This document shows positions 9,062 through 22,600 of a DNA stretch of 64,000 bases, in pieces (within the stretch, counting starts at the first letter, position 1; every line of letters begins with the position of its first letter). The stretch comes from a virus. Lineage: Duplodnaviria > Caudoviricetes. Under the pieces are notes generated by a model. That model was not told where the DNA came from and made no database searches. It was given only the letters and a program-made list of their open reading frames with translations. The stretch covers positions 800-64,799 of IMG/VR virus record IMGVR_UViG_3300044949_002421. One strand, 5' to 3'. Both the position numbers and the translations under genes were made by a program.

Positions 9062-10684
9062 ATGGCGGAGAAAAAGACCCCCCTTAATACAAAACAATCT
9101 CCCGTTGACCGCAGGGCTATTCAAAATGGGCTAATTGAGGCTCGGCCAGAAGCCGAAGATCCGTTTGGTTATGCCGGCCCGGGCATTTACCCATCTGCCG
9201 AAGGAGATGCCCTAATGGGGCGAGTTGCCGAAGCGCGAGCGCGGGCAATTTACGAGGCCCACGGAAGAAACGCTAATGCCATCGCCAGAATGAAGCTTGA
9301 TCCAAGCTATGCAATTGCAACAGCGGCCGGAATTCAGCTTCCCGGGCACGGAATGGTAAATACGTATAATACGCAAACCGGAGGGCTGGTCGGGAATCCC
9401 GGAGCTGGTCAACGGCCTGCAGGCTCCGGAGGAGCAAACCCGGCGGCAGACAGGGCGCTTAGGAATAGCATTAGCTATAGGGACGCAGGGGCGGCTATGC
9501 GTGGGGCTGGAGATGCCAAGCCCATAAGTTACACCGAGTTTGCGGGCCCAGCGGCGGCAAACGAAACATCCAAGGGCCAGCGCATGGACACGGTTCGTGA
9601 TACAAGAAATTTGCCGGGCGGGATGAGCGCTCCAGCTCAAGGCCCGGAGCAACAGCCAATAGGGTCCAAGCCTCCGGCTCCAATGACTGACCCTACTTCA
9701 GTAACCCCTCCCCAGACGCCCTCCCAAGGCCAGCCTCAGGAGCAAAAAACTCCGACAGTTGAGAGCACAAAAGGCCCGAGACTTTCCACGAACAGATCAC
9801 AGCCGAGCAGAGACGAGGACATGGGCACAACTCGTGGGGCAACTCGCGATGAGGATAGGCGCGTTTCAGAAATATCCATGAGCGCAGATGCAAACCTTCC
9901 GTACGACGGAAGAGAGGGCCCCGGATCAAATCAGGAAAGGCGTGAAATCGCAAAGAAGAATTATGATGCAAGTGTTCAGTCGGAAGCCCGCAAGGATCCG
10001 TTTGCAAAATACAGGACCGAGGCCGGGGATACAGAGGTAGCCCAGCGTACAGGCGAGGTTCAGGACCGCTCTCGCTTTGGCGAAGACAGGGTGGCCGGCC
10101 GGCAAACCTATAAAAACAAAGACGGGAAGGAAATGATTGGCAACACCATGCAAAGGCCGGACGGGAGCACCTACTTCGTAGGCCTCCCCTCTGCCGACCA
10201 GAATAAGGCAGACGCTTTCAATGCCGGAACTAAGGGAGGGACACTTAATCCCTATAATAACTTTGAACCCACCCCTAAAAACTATAAGGCGTCTGCCGAT
10301 GATATAAGGGCAAACTACGCGTTTGGGGCTCCGGCGGGACAACAGGGGTCGCTAATGGCGGAAGCAGAGCCCGATTTCGGACGAGGCAATAGGTCTCAGC
10401 TTGACGCCGACACGGCAAAATTCAGCGCAGGATCGAATTATTCCGGGATTGATAGCCGTGGGAAGCAGTCCTCATCTCTTGCTGGCGGACCGGCTGAAAA
10501 GCCGCAATCCCAAGCGTTTTCCATTTCATCCCCCGGACTCCCCTTTCAGCAGGAGCCAAAAGAAACCTCTCAGGCATACAAGGGCCCTGAGGGCAGTCAG
10601 AACAACAATCAAGCTCAAGCTGAGCTAAAAGAAAAAAGCAAAAATCTTTCCAAAAAAGGCGGAGAGAGACTCACCTTCGCGTAA
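9062..10684 (+). CDS. Disordered P/Q/G-rich protein, possible internal virion protein
   Basis: 540-aa low-complexity ORF between TerL and the giant protein. Confidence 0.65.
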   Translation: MAEKKTPLNTKQSPVDRRAIQNGLIEARPEAEDPFGYAGPGIYPSAEGDALMGRVAEARARAIYEAHGRNANAIARMKLDPSYAIATAAGIQLPGHGMVNTYNTQTGGLVGNPGAGQRPAGSGGANPAADRALRNSISYRDAGAAMRGAGDAKPISYTEFAGPAAANETSKGQRMDTVRDTRNLPGGMSAPAQGPEQQPIGSKPPAPMTDPTSVTPPQTPSQGQPQEQKTPTVESTKGPRLSTNRSQPSRDEDMGTTRGATRDEDRRVSEISMSADANLPYDGREGPGSNQERREIAKKNYDASVQSEARKDPFAKYRTEAGDTEVAQRTGEVQDRSRFGEDRVAGRQTYKNKDGKEMIGNTMQRPDGSTYFVGLPSADQNKADAFNAGTKGGTLNPYNNFEPTPKNYKASADDIRANYAFGAPAGQQGSLMAEAEPDFGRGNRSQLDADTAKFSAGSNYSGIDSRGKQSSSLAGGPAEKPQSQAFSISSPGLPFQQEPKETSQAYKGPEGSQNNNQAQAELKEKSKNLSKKGGERLTFA

Positions 10685-10687
10685 GAC

Positions 10688-13600
10688 ATGGGCTTGGATT
10701 CAATATTGGGCGGAAGCCCGAGAAACAAGGGCGAGGCCTACGAGGGTCCGGTCGCCGGCGGGATCATGAGCGGGCTAAGGGGAATGAAGTCCGACGAGAG
10801 GTCCGCCGAAGGGGAGTTTGAGCAAGAGCAAAAAGAGCAAAACAAGGCCTTTGAGGGCGGCAAAAAAGAAGTTTTCGAAGGTGCCGGAATATCCACCTAC
10901 ACAGACCCGCAGGAAGGATTGCAGCCAAAGGTTTCTCTTGATCCCAATACCGGTATTAACAGGCTAGAGCGTCCCGAGGCCGAGTTCTCCGTCCAGCGTA
11001 GGCTCCCTACGGGCGAACTTGTCGACGATACCCTAAAGACAGACAAGTACGGCGGCGCAAAGGACAAAACTGCAAAGAAGCGGTCTCTGATAGTTGGCAA
11101 AGAGGCGTCATCTGATCCAAGAACCCCCAAAAGCGGTATTTACGAGGAATTCGAGGACCCAAGACAGCCCGACTTAAAAAACTACAAGTTTATCGGGGGC
11201 TACGAAGAGCTTTCAAATTCTCAAGACCTAGGGGTCCGCGATGTGGCAAGAAAGGGCCTTCTCGAGCAAAATCAAAAGGCATCTTCCCTGCTCTCATCGG
11301 AGCTCCAGACTCAAATCGACGAAATTGACCTCAAAGAACGAGAGCTCCGCGATATGGAGGCGGCCTCAAAGACAACTGGAGAGTTGCCCATCTTCGAGGG
11401 GAAACAGCTTCAGCCAGAGGATTCGGCAAAAACGCGCCTTGGTCTTCAGCAGCAAATCACAGAACTAAAAAAACAAAGGGTTGCGCTTAAGCAGATTGAA
11501 AAGCAGGGCGTTGCCATGGACTTACTTCGTCAGGCCAAAGAAAGGGCCCTGCGCGAAGGAAGAAACCCGTCCGACGATCCGGTTGTAAAAAGCCTTCAAG
11601 AAACCTACAGAACCATTGGAAGGGAGACACCGGAAGAGGCATTCATGGCCAAGCCGGATCAGGTTGCCGTTGCCGGCGGGAAAGGAACCTTGATGATTGA
11701 GGGGGCAACCCCAGATGTTCCGGAGCAGCAAAAATCATCGTTTTTCAAAACAGCCGGAAATGATTTGCGCTCAAAGCTGAAGATTGAGCAAGAGTCCGGA
11801 AACGTAAATGTGGAGAAGGCCAAGCTCTCGATCAAGGCTCAGGAAGAATACAATCAGGCCAGCAAGGAGATACTTCCCGCATCCATCAGGAAGCAGACAA
11901 TCAAGCAGCTGGTCGACATCTCCAACAGGGAGCTAGAAGAGGCAACGTCGCGCTGGGGCGAAATGAGCCAGCAGGAACAGGCAGAATTTAACGCCAGATT
12001 TGAGGGACGACGACAAGCAATCCAAAGGCTTGGCGATGAATATAAGGCCCTAGAGCCATCGGCAAACGCGGCCTCCGAGAGGGTCGGAACTATTTTTGAG
12101 ACAACTAGAGAGGCCGAAAAGTCTCTCAACGAGTCTTTTCAAAAAAAAACTGAAGAAATAAACAGAGAAGCCAACGCTTTTGCGAGAGCGCAGTCAGAGA
12201 GAGCGTCAGCAGGAATTCGGGACGAATACCTTAAGAAGCAGGCCAATTTCAATTCCATGGGCCAAAGATTTGGACAGCTGGCCCAAGCTGGTGATGACGC
12301 AGGAATTGTAAAACTTGCCCAAGATTACGTTGCAAGCGGCGGAAACAAGCAAGACGCCGACAGGATGATTTCAGACTACGGGAAATATAAAAAGTCAAAG
12401 GATGGTCAGGGGTGGCTGGCAAACTCTATCGCATCGTTTATGCGGGCCCCGCTTATTGCCTCCCAAGAGTCGGCGGCTGGACTTTTCAAAATAGCCGCAA
12501 GCGGGCTAAGGGCAAAAGCCGCAGGCAAGGACGACGTTATGGATGCCATCGGCCCATCGGGATGGCTGGCAAAAGTGCTTCCAAGCCTAGAGAGCAATCC
12601 AGCATTGGCCCCTGTAAGGGTTGCCTCAGATATGGCCGGACAGGCCATTCTGGATAAGATTTACCAAACCAAGGCCGCCAAGCCGTTTGTTGAATACATC
12701 GCCGACTGGATGGACGGGGCGGCATCATCGGCCAAGGGGAATGTTGAGTTTCTTAAGAAGGGCTTTTATGTCGATCCCCAGTTCGAGGCATCAACAGCCG
12801 GCAATTTCCTAAAGGGCATCGGCGACTATGCTTGGACAGCCCTCCCCTACATAGCTCTCCGCAGCAAGGGCATTCCAGTTGGATTGGCCACAAATGTTGG
12901 ACGTCTTTATACGGAAGCTAGGGACGATCAGGAGCAGACCTATCAGGCAAAGCTCGCCGAGTTCAAGGCCGGCAAAATCAAAGACGAGCCAAAGCCCATG
13001 GATGAATCTGATGCCCATATTGCCGCACTAAGGTACGCCGGGTTGGGCGGATTTATTGATACCGTATCCGACGCAATTGGCATGAGGCTGGCCTTTGGCC
13101 TTCTAAAGGGCGCGGCCGCAGTAACGCCAAAAACAGTTGGAAGCTTTTTCAGGCAAACGGCAATTCAGATTGGGGAAAAGAAAGTCCCGATGTGGCTGAC
13201 TCCTCCCCTCGCCGGCGCGACTGAGTTTGGTGCCGAAGGGTCCCAAAAACTGATTCTAAATGCATTGGCCGAGAAGTACGAAAACTGGGACCCCAATAGG
13301 CCTTGGAACGAGGGTGCATTCGAAGAGGCCATGATGGGCTTTATGCTTGGATTCGCCCTTCCTGTTATCGGTGGTGCCGGAGGGGCCATTTACAAGAAGA
13401 CCGTAGTCATCCCGTCGATGCTGATGGAAAATGATGGCCTAGACCAAGTCTCAGTCCAATACCAAAACCTTTCCGTCGACGTTCCTATGGGTGGATGGAG
13501 GCAATATGCAGAAACGGTTACTCCCTCCGAGGCAAGCCCTCAGTTTGAACTTAACGCCAGACAGCCGTTTTCCATTCAAAACGAGCTTCGGGGAACCGGC

Positions 13601-16600
13601 GTCACTTGGGCAATTGCAGTTGGCCAGAGAATTGATTCAGAGATTTCAGCGACCAACTCACAGATTCAGCAAGCCTCAGATCCGGCCCAAGGAAAAATAC
13701 TTCGCCTTAAAAGAAACGATTTACTCCTCCAGAGGTATAACCTTATTCAGGCGATGCAGGGAGACGCCGCCTTGCGCTTTTCCCTCCAAAATGAAATCGG
13801 CTCACTACCTGAACAGCCGCTTGCCAAGGGAGACGCAAGCCTACAGCAGGCCGCCCTAGCAGCAGCCAAGCATTCGATCGGCGCGCCAGTCACAAAGGCA
13901 GAATTAAAGATCAAGGTCGGCGGAACACAGCTTTTCCAGCAAACCGAGGACGGGAAAACAATTGTATCTCCATCATTTATGCGGTTCCTGTCCGGCAAGG
14001 CCCCGACGCTGGAATCGGTGGTGGCCAACAACCAAAACCTATTGGACTCTGCACCGCCAACCACCTTGGCCGAACAGCCGCCGGTTATTTCAGAGGTCAG
14101 GCCTCAGGAAGAGATTCGGGCAGAAAGGGATCAGGCGGCAAGGCAGCAGCTTGAAGCCGAGGCTCGGCCACAGCCAGCCACAGCCCCAGAGCAACAGCCA
14201 ACCCCCATGGGGCAAACTTGGGCCGTTCCATATACAAAGAACGGCAAAATCAAGGGGACTCTCACGATACAGGCCGATAACGAGAACAAGGCCAAACAGC
14301 TGGCCCTGCAACAGCTCAAGGAAGAGGGTGCAAAGAGCGTCTCTTTTGGGGATGTCCGGCTGGCCGAACAGCAAGACCTTGTGGGCCAAGAGCCAGCCGC
14401 GCTTCTTGCGGGTCCGGATCAGCAGAGAAAACGTGTCGGCGGAGCAGTTAATCCATACATGCGCCGGCTAGAGGGAAAAAACACAAAAGAAAGATACATC
14501 AACGCAAGGCGCAGATTTGAAAGGTTCGCCGGCGAGGCCAGATCAATCTTCAAGGCTTCGATAGGAATTCAGGAAAGCACGGAAGCCAAAAAGCCATTTT
14601 CAGCAAGACTGGCCGACGACGGGACAATCACACTCGTCGTAAATCCAAAGCTATTTTCTGCCTTTGATGCCAAAAACCCTGAATTTAACAATCGAGCCTA
14701 CTCAGAAGAATTTCGGCACATGGCCGACTTTATTGCCAGCAATCTAAAGGCAAATGAATCCGGCCGCTCCGACTACCAGCAGTTTTACAAGGAAGAGAGG
14801 TCAAGGCTCTATCAAAGAATTTTTGAGACCAGCAAGCAGGATCCTCGCGTCCTTAATGCCCTCATGGCGTCTGCATCTCTTTATTTTGGCGATCAAGGCC
14901 CCCCACTAAAGGAGGGTGGGTACACGGCAGAGGAATTCATGGATTGGGCTGAGGGCTCCGGGATAAGCGATGTGACCCTCATGGGAGAGCTTCTGCAGCA
15001 ACTTGGAACAAGGCGGAAGACCGAAGCCGCAGTTGAGGTTGCCACGGCCATGAATAAGGGAGGTGGATCTATTACGGCCAGCCTCATGGAGGTTATCCGA
15101 GATTACCTGAAGTCTATTCTTAGGGCCATCAACGGTCTTCGCCGAGCAATTACCGAAACAAACCCCGAAGTTGCGGCAGATTTGGATTCCCTGATCCAAT
15201 CGATCAATGATGTCTTGAATATGCAGGCCTCGCCACAGGAGGAGGCTCAGTCTGGCATCGACACGGCAACTCAAAGGCGGCTTAGGGACATGGGCTTAAC
15301 GCCGGCGGAGATCGCTCAGATGAATCCGGATCAGGCAAGGGAAAGGCTTCAGGGCCAAGTTCAGGTATCAGCCCCAGCCCAAACTCAGGGGCTAAAATCA
15401 ACCAACACCAGAAAGACCGAGTATGGCGTGGTGCGTTATGACCTAGATGTCGTTCCCCTGAGCGAGCTAAACAACATGGCCGGAACGGAGCTCCAGCTCC
15501 GGGATAGGACTGGAGACGAGGGATATGCGGCCAAGGTTGCCGTGATTGCCCGTGACTGGGATAAGGACGAGGCAGCGTCCAGAGACACGGGAGAGCTCGA
15601 CACAGGGCCGGCAACCGTGATTGCGGCAGAAAGCAACCCATACGGGGTCAATCAGGCCGGTTTTGACATTATCGCCGGCCACGGAAGGACTGAGGGCTAT
15701 TCCTCGGCCCCGGACGACAGAGTTGCCGACTATGTCGCAAAACTTAAAGCCAAATACCCCGATCTGGCAGCTAAGATTGACGCAATCATCGCCTCCGGCC
15801 AGAGGCCAATGCTTGTCAGAAAGATTGATTGGCAAAATACGTACAACCCATCCCTTGGTAACGAAAAGCAACATCTTCGCCGTATTGCAAGGGATGCCAA
15901 CCTAGGGACCGGGAACGAGAATGACGCTGAGGTGGCCCTAGCCGATGCCTTGGAAATCTCCGACGACAAAGACCTTAGCCTCCCTCAGGAAGTTATTGTT
16001 AACGGGCAACCCAGCCTCCTCAACCAAGATGGGACGCCGGCTGGCAACAATGATGAAATCTTAGCTAAATGGCTTCGCATTTTTAGCAACGACAGCGACA
16101 GGCGATACTATCAAAACGGAGTCTACACACCCGAATTTGAGGCGAGAATCCGAAGGGCAATCTTGGGCTATGTCTTCGCCCCTACAAATGAAAAGGGCGA
16201 GATGGCCCTCACAAAGCAGACCTTCGACACAATTAACATGCTGGTCTCTCCAACGATTGCTCGGAACAGCGGGATCGCGACCCTTCAGCAAGGACTTGAG
16301 AAGGCCTCCCCTTCCCTGTTCCGGGTAAAGCAGGATTTCCAGAAATACGAAAGCCTTCTTGGGCAAGACGCAAAAGACGCAAACCCAATTGTGGCCATAC
16401 AAAAGTCTCTTTCCGACTACCTTGCCTACAGGGCCGAGCGCGAGCAGGCGGCGAGAAAGAGTGGGGACAACAGGGCCATCGCCATGGTTGGGCTGGCTGA
16501 GTATGAGGACTACATCAATCAATCCGGATTGTTTGGGTCGATCAGCCCACAGCAGGCCATGGTGCTTGTTCCGATTGTAAGGGACGGAAGGCTTGACGGA

Positions 16601-19600
16601 ATCCAAGGGGTCGCGGCTCCCCTAGCGAAAATCCAGAACGCTCGCGGCATCAAGGGGTCCCCGGACCGGATTGCGGCCTATATCGCCAACTATTCAGACA
16701 TGGTGGCAAGCATCTACAGGGAGGCCTCGGAGGCGATGCTCCCCGGGCTGGAAACAAAGCTCACTCCGGACATGAACTTAAACATGATCCGGATTGCCCT
16801 AGACAAAGCCGGAGCCATCTATCCGGACAACTCAAGGCCTCAGGCACCGATATTCCCAGCCCAAAGGGATACGCTTGAAATGGCGGCGAGAACACCAGAG
16901 CTGGATTCATCTCTGGGCGAAGGCAAAGGCAAGGTGGAGATCCGACCGGAAATCAATTACTCGAGAATTCTCAATCTTCTTGGCCCCAAGATGTATGAAA
17001 AGAATCTTGTTGAGGTCGCCGTTAAGGAGCTTTTACAGAACTCGTTTGACGCCGCCCGGGCCGCCGGAGCAACCAACGAAAACCCCGGACAGGTAACGAT
17101 AAACCTAGATTATTCAAGTCGAACAGTCACGGTGAGGGACGACGGAGTTGGCATGACTCCGGAGATCATTCAAAAGGCCTTTTTCACAATTGCGGGAACC
17201 CACAAGGAGCAAAGCGCGGAAAACACATCGGGTGGGCTTGGCCTTGCCAAGATGGCGTTCCTGTACGGATCAGACAGGGTCAGGGTTGTAAGCGTTAGAA
17301 ACGGCATTAAGTCCACGGTTGCCACGGATCGCCAAACCCTCCTAAACCGAGACCCGATCAATGTTGTAACAGAGAAAACATCGGAGCCGTCCGGAACAAT
17401 CGTCGAGGTCGTCATTCCGCAAACAATTGAAGATTCAGAGGGAAATACGAAACAACTATTTTTCCCGCCAGAGCCGGCATTCCTAAGCAAGCCGTTGATT
17501 GGCCCGATTAAGGTAATACTTACCGCCGGGGATCCATCAAGCCCGTACAGAACAAACAAGATTCTAAATCTTGGCATAAACCAGCAGGACTACCAAAAAG
17601 AGACAAGGTTTGGATTTTCTTGGGGCAATATCGATGTCTACATCAACCCGGAAAGGCAGAAATATCCAGCTATTGAGATTCTTTCAGCCGGACTGCATCA
17701 GTTCGGCTTAAGTCGCTACGATGTGTTTGGGTGGCAGGAGGAGGACGTACTTCCGTACAACATAGTTCTCGATGTAAGGCCGTCGGTTAAACCTGAAAAC
17801 GCCGCCTACCCATTCAACAACTCCAGAGAGGGATGGCGTGGCACCATCAAGGAGGATGTAAACGCCATGTATGGATACCTCAGGCGCATGGCAACCGAGC
17901 AAAACCTCCTTGAGGCCAAAGAATCATTTTCAAACTTGGAAAAAATGCCTCAGTTTGACCCCCAGAAGGATCTTACGCCCGGTGAGCTTGCAGACATCGC
18001 GGCCGCCCGGCCCAAGCCGCGCCCCACGGCCCCCATTGAGAAGCCGGAATTTGTCGATTTTTCGGGCGACAATGTGGTTATAAGGTATTCCGAACAATCC
18101 GGGATAAAGCCAAAAGAAATTGCAAAAGAAGAGTACGTCAAAAAGTCGTTTAAGCCGGAAAAAGACATCAATTTCCAATCAGCGGCTCTTGATGTCAGCG
18201 GGATGGATCCTCGGGTACCCCTGTTTCACAACAATACCAACATCGATTTCTCGGCTCAGGCAGACGGAGGTGCGGCCAAGAAGATGTTCGCAAGCCTTGG
18301 CAACGCGCTTTCCGGATTTATGAGGGAGTTCGGAGCTAAGGTTGGGCCCAATGTTAACCCCTACTCCGCCATGGCCTCGACCGGTGCGGATGGGTGGTTT
18401 TCCGGCATCTCCATAGACAAGGAATACAGGGGCTTAAATATGATTAAGCCATTTAAGTCCATCTGGTTTAACCCCGCCGGCTTGTCAGAGGACGCCATGG
18501 TTAGCCCAGAGGCCGCCGCCCTTGAGACAATTCACGTTTTCATCCACGAAATAACCCACGTCAACGCAAGGAATGAGGGCTCCGGGTTCACCTCGGAGCT
18601 CGCAAACAACTATGCAAGAATCCGTGCCTTCGGCGTTGACGACATAGCAACAGAACGGATACTTGCTAGCATATATGCAAGACATTGGAAGGACATCAAT
18701 GACCTCAGAACAAAATACACCAACTTCAGCACAAAGAATAGTGCAAGAGGTTTTCAATCGTCATCGGAATCGCTCGGAACCGGAACAGAGGCAAGCCAAC
18801 CTAATCAGCCTCAAGACAATCCACAGGAATCTGTCGGAACTCAAGAACAGGGACGAGGCGGCAATAGCAGAGTTGGCGCAGAAGATAGCGGAACTGGAGC
18901 AAGCCTAGGCGAGATCATAGCCTCACGCGCCCGGACCGAGCGGGAGGCATTAAAATACCCAAATAGATACGCGCTTTCACTTCAGGCCAGATCCCCTGAC
19001 CTTTTCGAGTCATCTGAAGAGCCGGAAAGCGAGGAGGATGCCGAAACCGGAGCAACCGAAGAGTCGGCCAAGAATGCCTATTTAGTCATACAAGAAATTG
19101 CCCCAATGGAGGGGCTTACCCGCACCGACCAAGGGATGAAGGAGGGCAGAATCCGTCCCGGCGGCAAGATAATCACCTACCTAGTCAACAAATCGGATTC
19201 CAGCGGAATGTCAGTTGCGGATCGGTTCTTTTCTCGTGGTTACGGAGAGGAGCAACTTCGGGAAATTATCTACGACAAGATGGTCGACGTTCTTTCGAAA
19301 TCGGCCAGCGGGAAACAGCTTGCCAAAGACTTTTTGGCGACCCGAGTAAACGCAAGCTCAAGCGACTTGGCCCTCTACAGCGAAGCCAGAAAGGCCTTTG
19401 TTCAGAAGATCATCAGAAAACTTTTGGTCGGCGGAAACAAAAACCCATCCATTGAGGATGTTGTTGCCGAGATGAGCGACAACGACCGCGCCCTTGGATT
19501 TGAAATGAGGCACATTGTCGGAGCGCGAGAGGAAATACGCCTTAACAACTTCCTAATGCGCTCGGTGGAAAATCACATTCGAAAGCTCGTTGGAAACTAC

Positions 19601-22600
19601 GATCAAGAGGGAAGGTCTCTAATCGTGACATCGGCAGAGGCAAGGGAAAGAAGGCCCACCGAAATCTCTGACGAGGACACAGAATCCATGGTCGAAAGAA
19701 AGTTTGTCAATCCGGATACCGGGAACGAGCTAGACCAGAGAGCAGACGAGTCCGCAAACCTTCAGGAGACACTCCTCGCCGAGTCAGGGACGGCAGCCGA
19801 GGTCATGGCCAGATACCTTGGGCCAGACAGCCTTCGGATTATTGAGATGAAGGTTCGAGGAATGACCTTTCAGGCCATAGCAGACGAAGAGGGGTTCACG
19901 GGGAACCGGCCTGACAATATAGCAAGATCCAGATTTGAAGAGGCCTACTCCAAGGTTCTAAATGCCATAGATGGCATCTATTCGGTAAAGAAGTCGCTAG
20001 AAGCAAGAGATTATCTTGGCGATGAGGAAAAAACAAAACTTAATGATTTTGACAAATTTCTTTCTGGGAGACTTGGACGCGGGGAAACATTTGAGTCAAT
20101 CGCCTCGGCAAGGGCGGAGGCACAAAAGGCAATCAAAGACTCCGGAACTGGGGCTGGCCAGCTTGAGCTTGGGCTTGACGCCAGAACTCCTGACCTGCCC
20201 CCTCCCCGCCTTCTGGCAAAGTATTTTGAGCTTCGGGACAAGATTAAGTCCGGCGAATTCGAACCAAGCGATATGGACATGTTTGAGCGAATTGAGTCTA
20301 TGGCCATCAAGTTTGGCTGGCCAATTCCAGTCCAGCTGAGGCTTTTCGACATTCCAAATATTGTAAGGAGGGCTTCTGATCAGAGGAGCCAGCAGTCAGC
20401 GGGGCTTCAGGACGAGTTTGATTTTGGCCCTACTGAGCTTTTGTCGAGAACCCCTGACCTGATGAGTGCCGACGAGCTTCAGGAAGCTCTTGATGGTGAC
20501 TGGATAACAAATGACGAGATTCAGGCTGCACTCAGGAATGATTCTGCCGGCGACAAGCGCGGGTTGGTCGATTACGGGAAGGGATCCGAGGCAAGCGCGG
20601 TCATCAGGGCCGGAAGAGAAGCCACCCCTAACCCTGAGCCATACACCAACGAAGAGGCCATGGCGAAGGCAGGAACAATCAGCCGAGGCCAAATATTAGG
20701 CCGGCTGGCCGGGCTTGAGGCCGGCGAGGTGTTGTCCAAAGACGAGGATTACGCGGCCCAGCGTGAACTCAACCAGCTTGCTCTTGAGGCATTCGCATCC
20801 GAGGACGAGAAGCAGATCAACGATTTCCTATATTTACAGAGGCAGTATGACAAATCCGGAACAGAGGCGGCCAGATCCTTGCAGGGTAGGAAGCCATTCA
20901 ATCCTGACGACAGGAATAGGAAGGCCGTCTATACCCCCCTCACCGCCATCGACAGGCGCGACCTTCAAAAAGAAGCCATTAACCTGACGGCAAAGCTAAA
21001 GGCAGACCTTTCCGTAGCCGAAGCATCCCTAAACGAGCAAAAGGCTCGGGCAAGGGCTCAATTTGGGCCTAATTTGCCTCAAGAATGGGCTGATTATATT
21101 TCCCAGCAAGAGGGCGCAATCGCCCAAATGAAGGCTGACATTGAGGATGGCGGGGTGCGAGTTGCCGAAAGACAGATTTTAGACAGGAATGCAAAGAAAG
21201 CCGACGAGGCCTTGGGCAAGGTCGGCAAGAGCCTCAAGGGGCTCGAAGAAGACAGCATGAAGAAGAAGCTGCGGACCGGCCAGACAGCCGGGCAGATTCT
21301 TGAGTCCATCAAAGACACCCAGCTTCGGGATGCAGTCCAATTATACCTTTTGGGCTATTCCGTTAAAGATATTGAAGCTCAGACTGGAATCAAAAACGGC
21401 AGAAACAAAATTAAGCTGGCTATCCTAAAGGGGCTACGACCAGAGGCAGATCGCCGGTTTGTCAGAGTCCTTGAGCAAGTTAAGGCCGGCAAAATGAGCA
21501 AAAAGCAGCTCATGATGGCCCTGAAAAAACACTCTGAGGGCCAAAGCCTGCTTGCCAGAGCTCCCGAGGATCCCAACCAAGACAACTTCACCGTGGATGA
21601 GGCAAGAGAGATGCTTTACGACGCCTTCGGTCTAAACACGGAAAACCTAGAAAACAAAGAGAGCGATCCCTTGTTTGGCTACGACGACCCACACGCCGCC
21701 AACAAAATTTCCAGCATTATTTCCGAGGGCATCAATGGCCCTGCCTCATGGGGCAAAATAGCCTCCGATGTCTTTTCCTCCTTCATTTTCACGGGGGCCC
21801 CATCTCTCGCCGCCAACGTGGCAACAATCCCCTTCGCCAAGCTGGCCATACCAATCCACCTATTTGTCGAGGCGATGACCACGTACTACAGGGCCGGAAT
21901 TCGCGGCATCAAAATGACCGAAACGGTTTACGACAAAGTTCCTGTTTTCGATGAGGAGGGCAACCCAGCCGGGACGCGGGTAGCTCCTAAAGAAGTGGAA
22001 ATCGGTGCGCCATATCAAACCCTTGGTCAGGCAATAAAGGGCGGGTTTTCAGAAGCCTTCCGTGCCTACAGGGAGCTTGGCTGGCTTGGGTCAGATGGGG
22101 AGGCCCTGAAAAAGGCCGTGACTGCCTTTAACACCGAGACAATCCAGTTCGGCGTTGAGCAGGGCATTGTCAATGTTTCGGATGTCCGCCTTCGCGAATC
22201 TGGGGTTCTTGATAAATCAATCCCCGGCTTGGCCGGCAAGGCCGTCAGGCTCGGGGTAAACATCTTGCTCGCCGGCGACGAATACAACAAAACGATGCGA
22301 GCCAAGGCCTATGTCGGCGCATTCGCTTACCGGCTTGCCAAGGCAAAGGGGCTTGAGGGCGATGCGGTCAATGAATACGTAGAAAGCGAGTTTGCAGACA
22401 AGACATCCCTGTCTTGGAGACTTGCTGTCGACCGCACTCTTCGCGACACCTTTACCCAGCGTCTTTCCATACGTGGGGACGAGGAGCTCTTAACTCCACA
22501 ACCGCTTTGGGAGAAGGCCAAGGGGCTCACTCGCTCGCTCCGTGACTATCAGTCGACGGGCGAGCTTCTTGGGCTCGCCCCAGAGGCATTGACGATGATC

